Part shown: positions 37,130-49,100 of the stretch, piece by piece
How the letters are laid out: the number at the start of each line of letters is the position of its first letter
Position numbering within the stretch: position 1 is the first letter of the stretch
From: Okamejei kenojei
Lineage: Eukaryota
Length of the DNA stretch: 64,000 bases
Assembly (NCBI GenBank): GCA_035221665.1
Contig: CM069162.1
Location: 19,716,001-19,780,000, forward strand
Reading direction: 5' to 3'
Position numbers and translations under genes: made by a program
The notes under the pieces: model-generated
Seen by the model: the letters and a program-made list of their open reading frames with translations, nothing else
Databases searched by the model: none
What the model was told of the DNA's origin: nothing

Positions 37130-39066
37130 AACAAACTCAAAGCGGTGTACGCACTCTTCAAAATGGAGGATACTGATGTGGCTTCACCGGCCCCTATAGC
37201 CCCCAATGGCATTGTAATCTGTGTCGCTGAGGGCGACGTCAAAAGATACTTCATGAGGGCAAACCCTCAAAGTGGCTTGACCTGATGGTGCACCTGGCCG
37301 AGTTCTCAAAGCCTGCGTGGACCAACAGTCTGAAATTTTCGTGGACATCTTGAAACCCCTCATTACTGGGGTCCGACATTCCCACTTGCTTTAAAAGCCC
37401 ATCAATAATACTGGTGCTCAGGAAGAGTAAGGTGACATTTTGCAATGACTCCCAAGCGGTGTCGCTAACGTCTGTGGTGAAGTACACGAGGAGGTTGGAT
37501 ATGGCACATATCAACTTCTACCTTAGCAAGAACCTGGATTCACTACAAATTGCCTACTGCCACAATAGATCAACGGGAGATGTGGTCTTGCTGGCTCTCC
37601 ACACTGTACTGGACCAAATTTACAAAAAAACAACAGGCTGTAGTTCATCGACTACAACACAGCATTCAACACCATCGTCCAATCCAAGCTTGTTAAGAAG
37701 CTTAGAAAACTAGGTCTTTGTGCTTCTGTATGAAACTTAATCCCTGACTTCTTCATCAACAGATCGCAATTGGTACGTATTGGCAGCAAAACCTCCTCTT
37801 TTATAACCATTAGCACAGGAGCACCTCAATGCTGTGCTCAGTCCCCTGCTGAAATTATTTTTTTACATACAGTTCAGTAACAATCTAAACTCTTGTAATT
37901 AAGTATGATTGTGTCAAATGTTGACAGTATACAAGAGTTGCCACATTTCTTGCACCAACCTGTACCCTTAATTCTGAGCTGTTTAAAATGTGAGATTCTT
38001 AACTAGGCCATAAATGACATTGTCCTGATGGTGGCACAGGGTTGGAGTTGCAGAAATCGGCCTGGCCAGGCGATGTATCTATGTCCTCTGCCACTGCAGG
38101 CCGCAACTGAGCTCGGCCACGGAGCGGCACCTGATCTAATCAAGCTGCAGACTGCTGCAAGACCTTTGTAGTCCACTCCACCGATACCCCATCGACCTGC
38201 GACCACATCGTCCCTCGCCTCACAGTCTCCATTCACTGTCATCCAACTCCATCTGACGACACCACCATTGTTTGATGAGTTGGGGGGAGTGAGGAGTCAG
38301 ATTGAGGAAGATTGATTGTCTGATTAAATGGTGTCAGAACAATACCCTTGCTCTCAATGTCAGAAAGACCAATGAGCTGATTGTTGACTCCTAAAGAGGG
38401 AGGCTGAAGATCCACAAAACTTTCTTTATCGATAGATCGGTGGTGGAGAGTCAATAACTTCAACTTCCTGGGCATGCATATCTCTGAAGATCTGTACTGG
38501 ACCGTGTATATTGATATAATCATAAAGAAAGCCCATCTACATCCTTAGACTAAGGAGCTTCAGTATGTCGACATATACTTTCTGGAATTTCTGCAGGTGT
38601 AGACATGAGAGCATATTGATTGGTTGCATCATGTCCTGGTCCGCAAACGGCTTGGAGCAAAGGAGATAACTAAAAATCATGGACACCACCCGATCCATCA
38701 TGGGTACTGACCTCTGCAATATCGAAAGGATCAATAGGAGTCATTGCCTCAGAAAGGAAATCAGCATCATTAAGGACCTTATCCACCCTCTCATTTCACT
38801 CCTGCCCTCAGGAAAACAGCATAGGTGTCTGAAAACTGTGACCTCCAGGTTCAAGAGCAGGATCTTCCCAACAGCTGTCAGGCTCTCGAACACGACAAAC
38901 ACCAACTAAACTATGAACTACGAACTGTCTTGTTTGCACTAAGGACTTCGGCCAATTTTGCACTAATTTTTCTTTTATTGAATTTGTTTACATTGCCTAT
39001 GAGTACTGTGCTTGCAGACCTATTGTGCATCTGCAAATAAGAATTTCATTGTTCTGTTTTCAGTGC
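37130..39066 (+). mobile_element. Rex1/Babar LINE (RT to 3' UTR), decayed, with an insertion at ~37850-38240
   Basis: LDSLQIAYCHNRSTGDVVLLALH, GAPQ, SDDTTIV, NNTLALNVRKTNEL and HPLISLLPSGKQHRCLKTVTSRFKSRIFPTAVRL. Confidence 0.8.
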
Positions 39067-39082
39067 AACACTCTTGACTTGA

Positions 39083-39220
39083 GGGTACACATATTTCTGA
39101 AGAAGGGTCTCGACCCGAAACGTCGCCTATCTCCTTCGCTCCTTAGATGCTGCTGCACCCGCTGAGTTTCTCCAGCCTTTTGTGTACCCTCAATTCTCCA
39201 GCATCTGCAGTTCCTTCTTT
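39083..39220 (+). mobile_element. Penelope-tail short insertion with the best-preserved hammerhead-like core
   Basis: CTGAAGA-A-GGGTC-TC-GACCC-GAAA-CGTC at 39097-39124. Perfect 16-bp direct repeat AACACTCTTGACTTGA (39067-39082 / 39221-39236). Confidence 0.85.
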
Positions 39221-39343
39221 AACACTCTTGACTTGACCCTTGTCTACTGCCATGCATTTGTCAATTCTCTTGATCAGGTCTTCACAAAAAAATTAAATTC
39301 ATGAAATACTGTTTTCCATGCACGAAGACAAGCCGACTATGCT

Positions 39344-39440
39344 GTCTGAAGAAGGGTCTCGACCCAAAACATCACCGATCCATGTTCTCCAGAGATGCAG
39401 CCTGATCTGTTGAGTTACTCCAGCACTTTGAGTCATTTTT
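39344..39440 (+). mobile_element. Penelope-tail short insertion inside a CR1 fragment
   Basis: GTCTGAAGAAGGGTCTCGACCCAAAACATCACC.., with a short GACTAT repeat on both sides. Confidence 0.75.
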
Positions 39441-39779
39441 GACTATCCCTAATCATTCCGTGGCTTTCGAAATGCAAATATATCCTGTCTCTCAAAATCC
39501 CCGATAATAACTTGCCTGTCAATGATGTTGGGGTCAGTAGTTCGCATATGGTTCCTTGGCCTGTCCTTGCAGTGATTTTTAAATCCCTTCCTGTAAGGTG
39601 GAAAGAGAAGAGGTAAAAAGATAGGCTTTCATTTTCTGTGGTTGCATGTGAAGGTGCTGTAATCAGAGGAGTGAATGTAGCGGAGATTGAGTACACCGTG
39701 GAAGGCACGTTCCCTGCAGTCCTTTCGGTCCCATCAGCATTCTGAAGGAACCAGTCCCTTCAGGAATCCTTGGTTCAAT

Positions 39780-39851
39780 CGGAAGATGCTTTAAGGAGAA
39801 CTAATTTGGAGATACAAATCTCCAAAGTAGTTCTCCTTAAAGCATCTTCCG
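39780..39851. repeat. Hairpin with 34-bp arms and 4-nt loop
   Basis: CGGAAGATGCTTTAAGGAGAACTAATTTGGAGAT-acaa-ATCTCCAAAGTAGTTCTCCTTAAAGCATCTTCCG, one mismatch. Confidence 0.95.
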
Positions 39852-39859
39852 TTTTACCT

Positions 39860-40290
39860 TGACCTAACATCCAAGATCCCAACCAGGTGAAGCTACAGTT
39901 CAAAACATAGCCACAAATTGGTGGAGTAACTCAGTGGAACAGGCAGCAAAGAAGGAATGGGTGACGTTTCGGGTGGAGACCATTCTTCCGTTCAGGTGCA
40001 TTTCTCCTAATCTAACGTGCTGCAGTTGGTGCTCACAGCGTGGTTTCCTCTGCATTGGAGAAGTCAAATGTGGGTTGGGTGAACTTTTTGCAAAACATCC
40101 TGCTTTTCATAAGCAAGAATAACCCTGACATTCCAGTTACATGTCATTTCAATTCGCTGTTGCACTCACTGGCTTTGGCTCTTACACAGATCCAAGAATG
40201 CTCTTTGTAAGCTTAAGGAATAGCATCTCATCTTTGAGCCAAACATGTTACTGCCCTCAGGACGCGATATTGAATTCAGATAATGAGCCT
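39860..40290 (+). mobile_element. Penelope-like GIY-YIG fragment containing a reverse tail insertion (~39910-39990)
   Basis: FRCISPNLTCCSWCSQRGFLCIGEVKCGLGELFAKH resembles the PLE GIY-YIG endonuclease at 50235. Confidence 0.65.
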
Positions 40291-40824
40291 ATCTCATTCC
40301 TTTCAGTTGATCAGCTGTGATTAACCGAACTTCTCATCCCCACTGTTGGTGCCACCTCCATTTTTATCATTCAATAAATCTCGGTTTTCACCTAATATCA
40401 AATATTCGTCTGTTCTCACTGCCCACACCATGCTACTTTAAAATTTGTTTAATTTCTCAGATTTTGTAGTTTTGTTGAAAAGTCATTCACCTGAAACATT
40501 TTCTCTACAAATGCTATCAGTTTGTGCTTTCTTCCCAACCCATTGATCAAGCGCTTTTGATTGCAACATTCGCCTTAATTTAGTTCAACTAAGAAACTGA
40601 CAAGTTGCTAAAGAACATCTGGTCTGAGTGTTTCCAGCATCTGTATTTTGCTCTGTTGAATCTGGGATAAGACTGCAATCCAAAAGTTATATAATGTCAT
40701 TTTATTATGATAATTATTTTCAACAAAAACAATTTAAGTTTTTTTTAGAACTAATGTGTTTGAAGTGTTGTTCGTAAGAAATGACATGCGCAGAAACTAA
40801 TTTTGGTTTGTGCTTTTATAATAG

Positions 40825-40933
40825 TTCCGCCCCAGTGCGACTCCGTATATGGGGCCACCGCAACAGTATCCTGTTCAACCGCCTCCTGGTCCATTCTATT
40901 CTGGACCAGGTCCTGGTGATTTCACTACTTATG
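40825..40933 (+). CDS. EIF4G3: EIF4G3 exon (FRPSATPYMGPPQQYPVQPPPGPFYSGPGPGDFTTY)
   Basis: aatAG acceptor, GTAAGT donor, 109 nt, phase 0-1. Homologous to human PYVGPPQQYPVQPPGPGPFYPGPGPGDF. Confidence 0.95.
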
Positions 40934-42249
40934 GTAAGTAGTAAGTCACTAAGAAAATTTGAGGATTTAAAAAAAAAGAATAGTTTGAATGGCATTTATT
41001 CTGAGCTCATGAAATTGATTGCACTTAATCGTCTTTTGGTTTCTCAGTTCATCTTAGCTGTCGTTTTAAACAGAAGTTTGCTGTGAGCCAAGTTGGTTGT
41101 TGTTGATAATAGATACAATAGTCAACATTGGAAATAAAACCTTATGCAATACTTTCTAATGGTAAAATCGATGTACTCACTGCTTGCCTATTTATTTATT
41201 TTATGAAATTAGATATTTATGTGAATACAATTGCATATTGGTGGAAAGGCTTTGTTTCCGACCATTCCAAGTTATTCTTATATGATGGGCTTCCATCCAC
41301 ATTTTTTTTTTCGTGCTCTCTTAAAAGGACCTTGAGTGTCAACCATGTAACTCCAATCCGACAATGTATGTCCAGCAACAGCAGGATTCATGGGCCATTT
41401 TTCTTGTATTAGCCCACAAATTACCAGATGTATTGATTTCAGTTTCATGATATTTTTTTTAAGATGGAATTTGAGTTAACCTAGAGTGCTCATTTAGATA
41501 ACCAGTGGCAATAGTTTTATGTTGTATATCTGTGCTGAAGTACTTGTGCTTGCATGGCAGGCATCAATATTCCCAATAAGAGCAACAAAACCATTGCACC
41601 AGCAGCATATTGGTGTATCATCAAATCATTTGTGGTTCACGTGCAGTTGTACAGCATTTTACTGATGGTGTACGTCTTTTAGATTATTCTTGCCAACTAA
41701 ACATAGCGTTTGGAACTAGAGTGCAAGTTCAATTAAAATTTAGTATGCAATTTATGGTATCCTGCAGATTTTTATCTGTGGTGTTGCCACACTTAATAGC
41801 AAAAAGGCTGATGTAAAGGTATGTAATCAACAAACTAGATTTGAAATTGCATATTGCCCAGCCTTCTGAGGTAATTTATTTAGTTTATCTAAATGTTTAA
41901 AGAATATGGTGCCACATATTATGGTTCAGTAAGTATAATAATTAACTTGTATAATTGCTGTAAAATTCTGGTTGCCCCAAATCAAAAAGTACATTGTAAT
42001 GCATTGCAAGGCAAATGTATAAGTCTTTGCTGTAATTGACAAGTAAATTGTTGATTGATATTTAATTTTCAGTAAATAATTGAGACTAATCTGGTAAGCC
42101 AAAAGTTCATTGTGTTAACATTTTAGAAAGTTATGAATGCCAGTGAATGGTGTCTAGGAACACGTCATTTAGAATCCCTAGAAATATGAAATTATATATA
42201 CAGTGAAAATATTTATCCCAATTGTGTCCACATTAGTTTCTTTTTTCCG

Positions 42250-42376
42250 CCCCCCCCCCCCCCCCCCCCCCCCCCCCAACGTCTGAAGAAGGGTCTTGAC
42301 CCGAAACGCCGCCTATTCCTTCACTCCATAGATGCTGCCTCACCTGCTGAGTTTCTCCAGCATTTTTGTCTACCTT
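42250..42376 (+). mobile_element. Penelope-tail insertion preceded by a C28 homopolymer
   Basis: Poly-C at 42250-42277, then GTCTGAAGAAGGGTCTTGACCCGAAACGCCGCCTATTCC. Confidence 0.8.
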
Positions 42377-44115
42377 TAAGCTATTTGATTAAATTAATTC
42401 CATTTACCAGCTCCATCAAGGTACTTCCATTACTACTGCTGCGGATATATTTTGTCACCGCCCGCACTATTTCTGTCGGTGACTTCCACTTCTCTGCAAC
42501 TGATTTACTCTTTGTGTCTATTTCCAGTTCACATTTACTAAACTATGTCACGCTGATAAGATTGACTTTACCTTAATTTATAGCTTTCACTCCTAGTTAT
42601 GTCTATCCTTCATTGTAAACAAAAAATGATGATTGTTGCTTTTATAATTCTCCCGCACTGCCATCCTTCCTGTTGCCCCAAGCTAATTAATTAAAGTTGC
42701 CCAGACCCCACCTCTCCTTGGATTTGCTGAGTATGATTTTGTAAAAACATCTCAAATGTCATTAATGTTGCCCTTTTCAAAGTTAATGTAGTGTAGTCAA
42801 ATCCCAATTTTATAATTTTGTTATTATTTGTCCATTTCTCAGAAACCTTCCTGTTCGGTTCAATCCTGTTTGGAGCCTTGAGTACGATCTCAGCAATGCG
42901 ATTACAACTTCATTATTTTTTCAGATTTACTTTGACTTTTCTAGTGTATGATCTTTCCTTACATCTGCAGCAATTTCTAAAATGAATATTGCTATACATC
43001 CTCTCTTTCTTTTCCAGCCATGTGACCCAGGAATCATGAGCTACTTTTTCCTCCCCATCATAAGCCATGTTTTGGCAAATGTCATATGATCATACTCTCA
43101 GATATTTCTGTGCCTTCTGTTAACTTTTTCCGAGATTCCTTGCATTATATAATTACTCACTGCCAAATTACAAGTAGACCCGTTATTATAAGCACATGAA
43201 GATGTTTATTTTCTTCAAGATATTTTTGCAATCTAATATTGTTGAATCTCTTTGCGTGCGCTACTGCCTGGTAGCCCAATCTGTGATTTCAAAATTGGTT
43301 GTGGCTTAATTATCTCAAAGTATTGTGATGGTCTGGTGAGAATAATTTCAAAAAACTGGAGGTGCCTAGTAACTTGGAGAGCGGTAATACCAGAAACATA
43401 TGAAAGATTTGAACTGATTCTCAGCTGAAATCAAAATCCAGGTTTGTGTTCAACTATGTAAATTTAAGCTGAAATGTAGAATGGGAAAGAGGCTTACTTT
43501 TAATCAGTTCTCATAAAGTTTTAATGAAGCTTTAGTTTCTCTCTCCCCCCCCCCCCCCCAAAAAAAAAATAACATATAGGTGTGGTACTTGAAGCTAATT
43601 TATGGTGTTAGTCAGTTCCAATTTTCATTAGTATTCAGAGGGAGACCCAACTTGCCCGTCATAGCAGGTAAAGTCTCTGTCTCCCTTGGTTCACGTATTG
43701 TGATGTCAGGAATTAAAAACAAATTCTCAATCTAAATCCTAAATTAGTCATTGATGCAACTAATCTTATTGAATTCTACATATGCTCAACCAGTTGGGCA
43801 GTTATCTTTCCTTTAGTTACAATTCATCTGCACACACAAAGGCTGACGCACACAAATACAAGCATGCTCACATTGCAAGAGAGGGATTTTTTGATAATCA
43901 ATAGGCCATAACAGAAAACTAATATTGATGCATCTCTTGATGAAAGTTAAAATTAAAATTAACTCTGCTGAGTGTGAGCAGGTGAGGTGGTAAAGAAAAT
44001 ATAGTTGGAAATGTTGATATACTCTGTAAGACTTTCTGTTTTGTCCATTTAATCAGGATTACCTTATTCACAGTAATTATACAGGTTTCATTGGGTATGT
44101 CTGCTTATTTAAGCC

Positions 44116-44680
44116 TGTTACAACTCCCGAATGCAGGTACTTCAGAGCCGCAAACATAGTCAAAAACCAGGCTCAAGTTCAAGAAAATAGTCTTTTATTT
44201 AATTAAAACTCAAACCCGATTCAAACAACCCAGTCAAGAACAAGAATAATAATAAACAAAGATAACAGTGCCCCAGCCAGCCTCGCAATGGGCTGTCGAA
44301 CTAGAGTCTCTAACCTGCCTCAATGGAAATAACCCTGAAACAAAATACACGAAAACCCTCAGGTCAGCCCTTATCCGTCCCAATTCAATATTAATTGACA
44401 AATGTAGGTAATAATACACAAAGTTCTATGCCATGTGGCCAGGCCTCCTGCAGTTTGGAATACAGTCTGTTCATGAGCCAGGGTCGAAGAAGAGAGAGAG
44501 AATTCTGGGAACTTCTGGTATTTAAGCTTCCCATGAGTCACCCGTCACCCTTAACCCCTTGATTCCTGACTCCCAGCCACGGGGCCTGCACTCGGGAGAG
44601 AAACAAAAGAGTTAAGTACATAGCATTCACCAGAGGGGGGGGGGGGGAAGTACCTAGCAAAGCCAAAGGTAAACAGGCGA
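44116..44680 (-). mobile_element. Possible solo LTR or LTR fragment
   Basis: Begins TGTTACA. On the - strand it has AATAAA (~44195) and a TATA-like TTAAATA (~44520). The far end and TSD were not found. Confidence 0.35.
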
Positions 44681-44804
44681 GCCTTGTATTGTGCAACTGG
44701 GTAAACTATTTTGGTTAATAAAATCTCCATACCGGTTAGACTGTTGGCTCATTTGCGAACGTTTAATTTTTTTATTCCCTGTTAAGCAGATTTCTACTGG
44801 AGAT

Positions 44805-45382
44805 CAGAGATGCCAAGTTTCCCGGATTCGCCGTATTTTGTCCCGGCGAAATAACCTTTTTACGGTGTTCCGGCAGCCAAACATGCTGTTACGGAACACC
44901 GCTGCGCCGGTGTTCCTCCCGTGGTGAACGCCGGCTCCATGTGCCCCCGGTTTGCCAGCCCGGCAGCTCGCAGCCACGCCCGGCCCAGAGCCCGGGCGGC
45001 GCCGGCCCGCGCGATCAGTGGCACTTTCTTGCCGCCAGCCGGCCGCTCGCCGGCAGCCCCATCACCGGGCCTCCACCCCCACCCAGTGCGCAGGCGCAGA
45101 CCCGCCGGCAACCTTACCAAGTGCGCATGTGCCGCACCCGCCCGCCGGCAGCCCGCTGATCTGCACCAGTGCGCAGGCGCAGACCCGCCGGCAACCTTGC
45201 CAAGTGCGCATGTGCCGCACCCGCCCGCCGGCAGCCCGCTGATCTGCACCAGTGCGCAGGCGCGTAGCCGCCGGCAACAACTCCAAGTGAGTATGTTACG
45301 GAGAGAAATGCATTTAACCCCATTTGTTACGGACAAATGGGTTGAATGTTACTGTGAACTACATTTAGGGTTGGCATCTATG
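44805..45382. mobile_element. hAT-type MITE, 578 bp
   Basis: Perfect 8-bp TSD CTGGAGAT (44797-44804 / 45383-45390). TIRs CAGAGATGCCAA / TTGGCATCTATG. GC/CpG-rich interior. Confidence 0.9.
45083..45278 (+). repeat. 83-bp tandem repeat (~2.3 copies) within the hAT MITE
   Basis: Units start at 45083, 45166 and 45249 (CCAGTGCGCAGGCGC...). Confidence 0.9.
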
Positions 45383-46522
45383 CTGGAGATGTGGATCTTT
45401 CTTTCACTGTCTTGTATTTGCTACATTAGGAAAATTGTTCAAATTAAGGGGCAATTGAAGACCAGAAAAATGCAGTACTTTACTGCTGTTATGTGTGTTT
45501 TTGGCAAAAATAGCAGGTCTACATCCAACTGTGCCATAATTTCCTCTGTTCACTTTTTGCATATGATTCCAATCTATAGAATGTTGGGGAGATGGTTGTT
45601 GCCCAGTTGCGGTGAAATATATTCAGCCAGTGAACTTTCACTTGGGTGTTTGACAGCAATTCTTACAGTGAAGTGAACACAGTGGATATAGATGCCCACC
45701 AGTAAAGTTTACTATGGTTGACCAGTTCCTGTCAAGTGGCATAGGTGCAAACAATAATAAAATCCTGTGATCATTTTTTATCCGCATGCTATCATTAATC
45801 CCTAGAAAAGAGCACATTTTATCTCAAACTCAGTTGATGATAATGTCTGCCTGCATTTCACATCAAGAATAATCTTGATGTTTAAAAATGATTCAAAGAA
45901 TGTGAATGACATTAATGTCTAACATTTTAAATAGTCATATTTGGTCTCTTATGCAAAGCAATGCTATGTCTAATAGGATCATTACAAACCCAATTATGGC
46001 AAGATCTTCTTTTAATGGGTTTATATAATATTATTCATTTTAAAATCAAACTGGGTGTTTGATTTATTTGTTTGCTCCCCATTTTTACTGTTTTTGTTAA
46101 CCGTCCATTCCCTGGATTCTATATTTCTGGAATGGATCCCAGAACAATGCTATTACTATGTGAAAAATCAAAAGCAAGAAAATAATTCTGGCCATTGTAT
46201 AAATGTTCAAAAACGTAACACCTTTTTAAGAGATTGACTATTTTCACCCAATAGTTGCTAGAATTGTCACTTCATTCCTGCCACATTTCCAAGGCCTGGC
46301 ACTGAAATGGGATCTTTCTATGCTTAGCCTTGGATGAGCAGTGAATAACAGTGAATATTGGGATCTGAGGCTAAACAAATTTATGTTCTGTTTCATGTCT
46401 AGCCTCAGAAACAAGGCGAAGAGGGTGGCCCCAATCAGGAGTTCAGCCACTGTGTGGTGAGTTTTTTTTTAAATAGAAAAAGTTGTTTTTTAACTATATC
46501 TAGGCATGTATACCTTAAGATT

Positions 46523-46687
46523 NNNNNNNNNNNNNNNNNNNNNNNNNNNNNNNNNNNNNNNNNNNNNNNNNNNNNNNNNNNNNNNNNNNNNNNNNNNNNN
46601 NNNNNNNNNNNNNNNNNNNNNNNNNNNNNNNNNNNNNNNNNNNNNNNNNNNNNNNNNNNNNNNNNNNNNNNNNNNNNNNNNNNNNNN
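46523..46687. other. Assembly gap (165 N)
   Basis: Run of n characters. Confidence 1.
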
Positions 46688-49100
46688 ATTTTGTTATTTT
46701 CTAATTTCAATAGTAATGCACAGGCAAGTGACCTGTTTCGTGCTTCTGCCAACAGTCTTTATTGCCTGCAGGAAGTGAGAAAGGATGGTCTCTGGTAAGG
46801 TGGCCAGCCAAGTCTTGGCCCAAACTTGCCATATCCTAACTGGATAGAAAGGTAGTTTAAGTCACCGTAACATAAGATTCTCAGGGCATGTCACTGTATG
46901 CCAGTTTTTTAAAATAAATGCTTCAATCATGTAGCAAAAGAGTCAGATAGTCAGCTATAGATGTTTAGCTAATTATTTAAATCATTATTGTGATTTTCTT
47001 TTAATAGGAATGTTTTCCGTGCATGTTTAGATCAATTTTTCCTCAGTTTTAGTTTATTTTCTCTTGGGTACAGATGTATGAAAAAGAGCAATAAAATTAG
47101 CAAGTTGGGCTTTGCAAGATTTAAGTAATTGCCAGGTATTTTAGTTTCTTTGGTAGATTCCTACATAAGAACATTTAGGTAGATTTGATATCTTCAAGAC
47201 TAAAGGAAGATGTGCAGAAATAAAATGTATCGAGGTGTGGATCTAAAAATGTTTTTGTTCCATCCTTTCAACAAATAATCACCTGGATACCTCATGGATA
47301 CCAAATAATACTTTCTCCTTCCTGCTTCAGTTTTTTTAGTCAACATGCCTTTACTCCATTTTGATTTATTTTCATATTCCCATCATTAATTACTTTCATT
47401 TTAACTCTCTTGGGTCTCAGACTAATCAATGGCAAATTTCCTGCTGTGCAGAGGGGGACTGGTTTGATGCTGAAGTTATAGGCTTGTTTTATTCTTGGTC
47501 ATCTTTGTAGTGCCTTGATACAGCTGAGGTGCTTCTTGCTTGGCCACTCGGGATTGCAGTTAAGATTCAACCACTTTTGTGATACTGAAAATACTTATGG
47601 TTAGATACATAGGGACAGCATATTTCCCCCTCTGAAGCAAATGGGTTACCAAATTTGATTATCACACAATCAGATAGGTTGAAATCACTTTTATTGATGC
47701 TACCTTTTTTTCATGCAATATATTTGGAAGCTGAATTAAAATTGTTTGCCAGGGCACAATTTGAATTTAACCTGCAATCTGTGGGTGACTATCCTGTAAC
47801 GTATTATTCTATAACTATTACATTTTACATAAGAATATGGCTTAAATTCTGTTCTGAAATATATCTTCAACGTGCACTGATTTGTGAGAGAAGCTGTCAT
47901 GGAAATGTAATGTAGTTGATGTTTTCATGGAATAAACCAATCTGTAAGTGAGAGGTCTCTGAACTTTAATTAGTTAAAATTAGATTTTTCTAATATAGTG
48001 ATTTAATTATTTGACATCAACATGTCACGCAGTTCAGACGCACAATTACTTACATTGTAGTTAGAGAGCTGAATACTGTTTATAATTTTTCAAGAATGGT
48101 AATTGCTGAGGTAGGAATCATGCAACATTCTCCCACTTCCCTTCCCAGTACTTATCAGCAAATTATCAACAAAAACTATGATGTGGCATTATTTTGTTCT
48201 TGCAGAACTTAAGAATCACATAGTTGTTGATCCATTAATGTTACCTGTTGGATGTCATGAGTAATTCCAGTTGATCCAATTTGATCATGAATAGAAATCA
48301 GCTGATGTTCAAATAAGATCATTAAACAACCACATCTAATTAGCTTGAACAGTTCATGCTGGATAATTATGATTGTGATTATTGAGATATTGACATCTAA
48401 ATATAGAAAATATTATAATTTAGGGCAGTTTGGTGATGGTCCTACAACTGATTATAGTCCAGGTCCTTTTCATTGAAAATTAAGCATTGAAACAATTATC
48501 TTTCAGTAGGGAGGACAATAGGGAAATTGTGGATTTTTGACGATACTGTTTGACAATATTACCATGCTGAATCAGTCATCTTAGCTGTCTTGAGAAAAAA
48601 TGCTAACTGATTTGAAAACTGTAGATGGAATCTCATTTTCCCCACACACTGCTATCTAAATTTGTGTTTAAATAAATCCACGTGCTGTCATCTCTTTTGT
48701 CCCAAAGTAGCTATTTCTGATAAAGGAAGAAACTGTTGGTGGCGTAAAGCTTAAAAGCAGGATTATTTCCCCTCTCTGTCACTGCTACTTCACCGTTCCT
48801 TTGTTGTTTTAATATTGAGATGGAAAGCCCAAAAGACCCATCAGTCTTAATTTGATCAGAAAAACAAACTGCTGGAGGATCTCAGCGAGTCAGGAATCAT
48901 CTGTGGAATGAAATAGGGCAGTCGATATTTTGGGTGGGGGCTCCTCTTCAATCTGAAGTTCCTCCAGCAGTCTGCTTTTCACTGAAGATTCCAGCAGATG
49001 AAATCTCTTGTGTTTTAAATAAGGTTGGCCTGCTTAACAAATTGTACCAATCAAATCAAAAACCCCACTCCCGTATCTTTACTATGGATGTCCAGTCACT

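Noticed and set aside
40781-41086. 101-aa ORF overlapping an EIF4G3 exon
   Set aside because: It is in a different frame from the conserved exon (40825-40933) and runs on into the intron.
45083-45278. Repeat array superficially like CRISPR
   Set aside because: The units are contiguous and near-identical with no unique spacers. The context is eukaryotic with no cas genes.
44860-45676. Cluster of long overlapping ORFs on both strands (up to 251 aa)
   Set aside because: They arise from the stop-poor, GC-rich tandem repeat inside a TSD-flanked hAT MITE. No recognisable domain.
46435-46798. ORFs spanning the N run
   Set aside because: Artefacts of the assembly gap.
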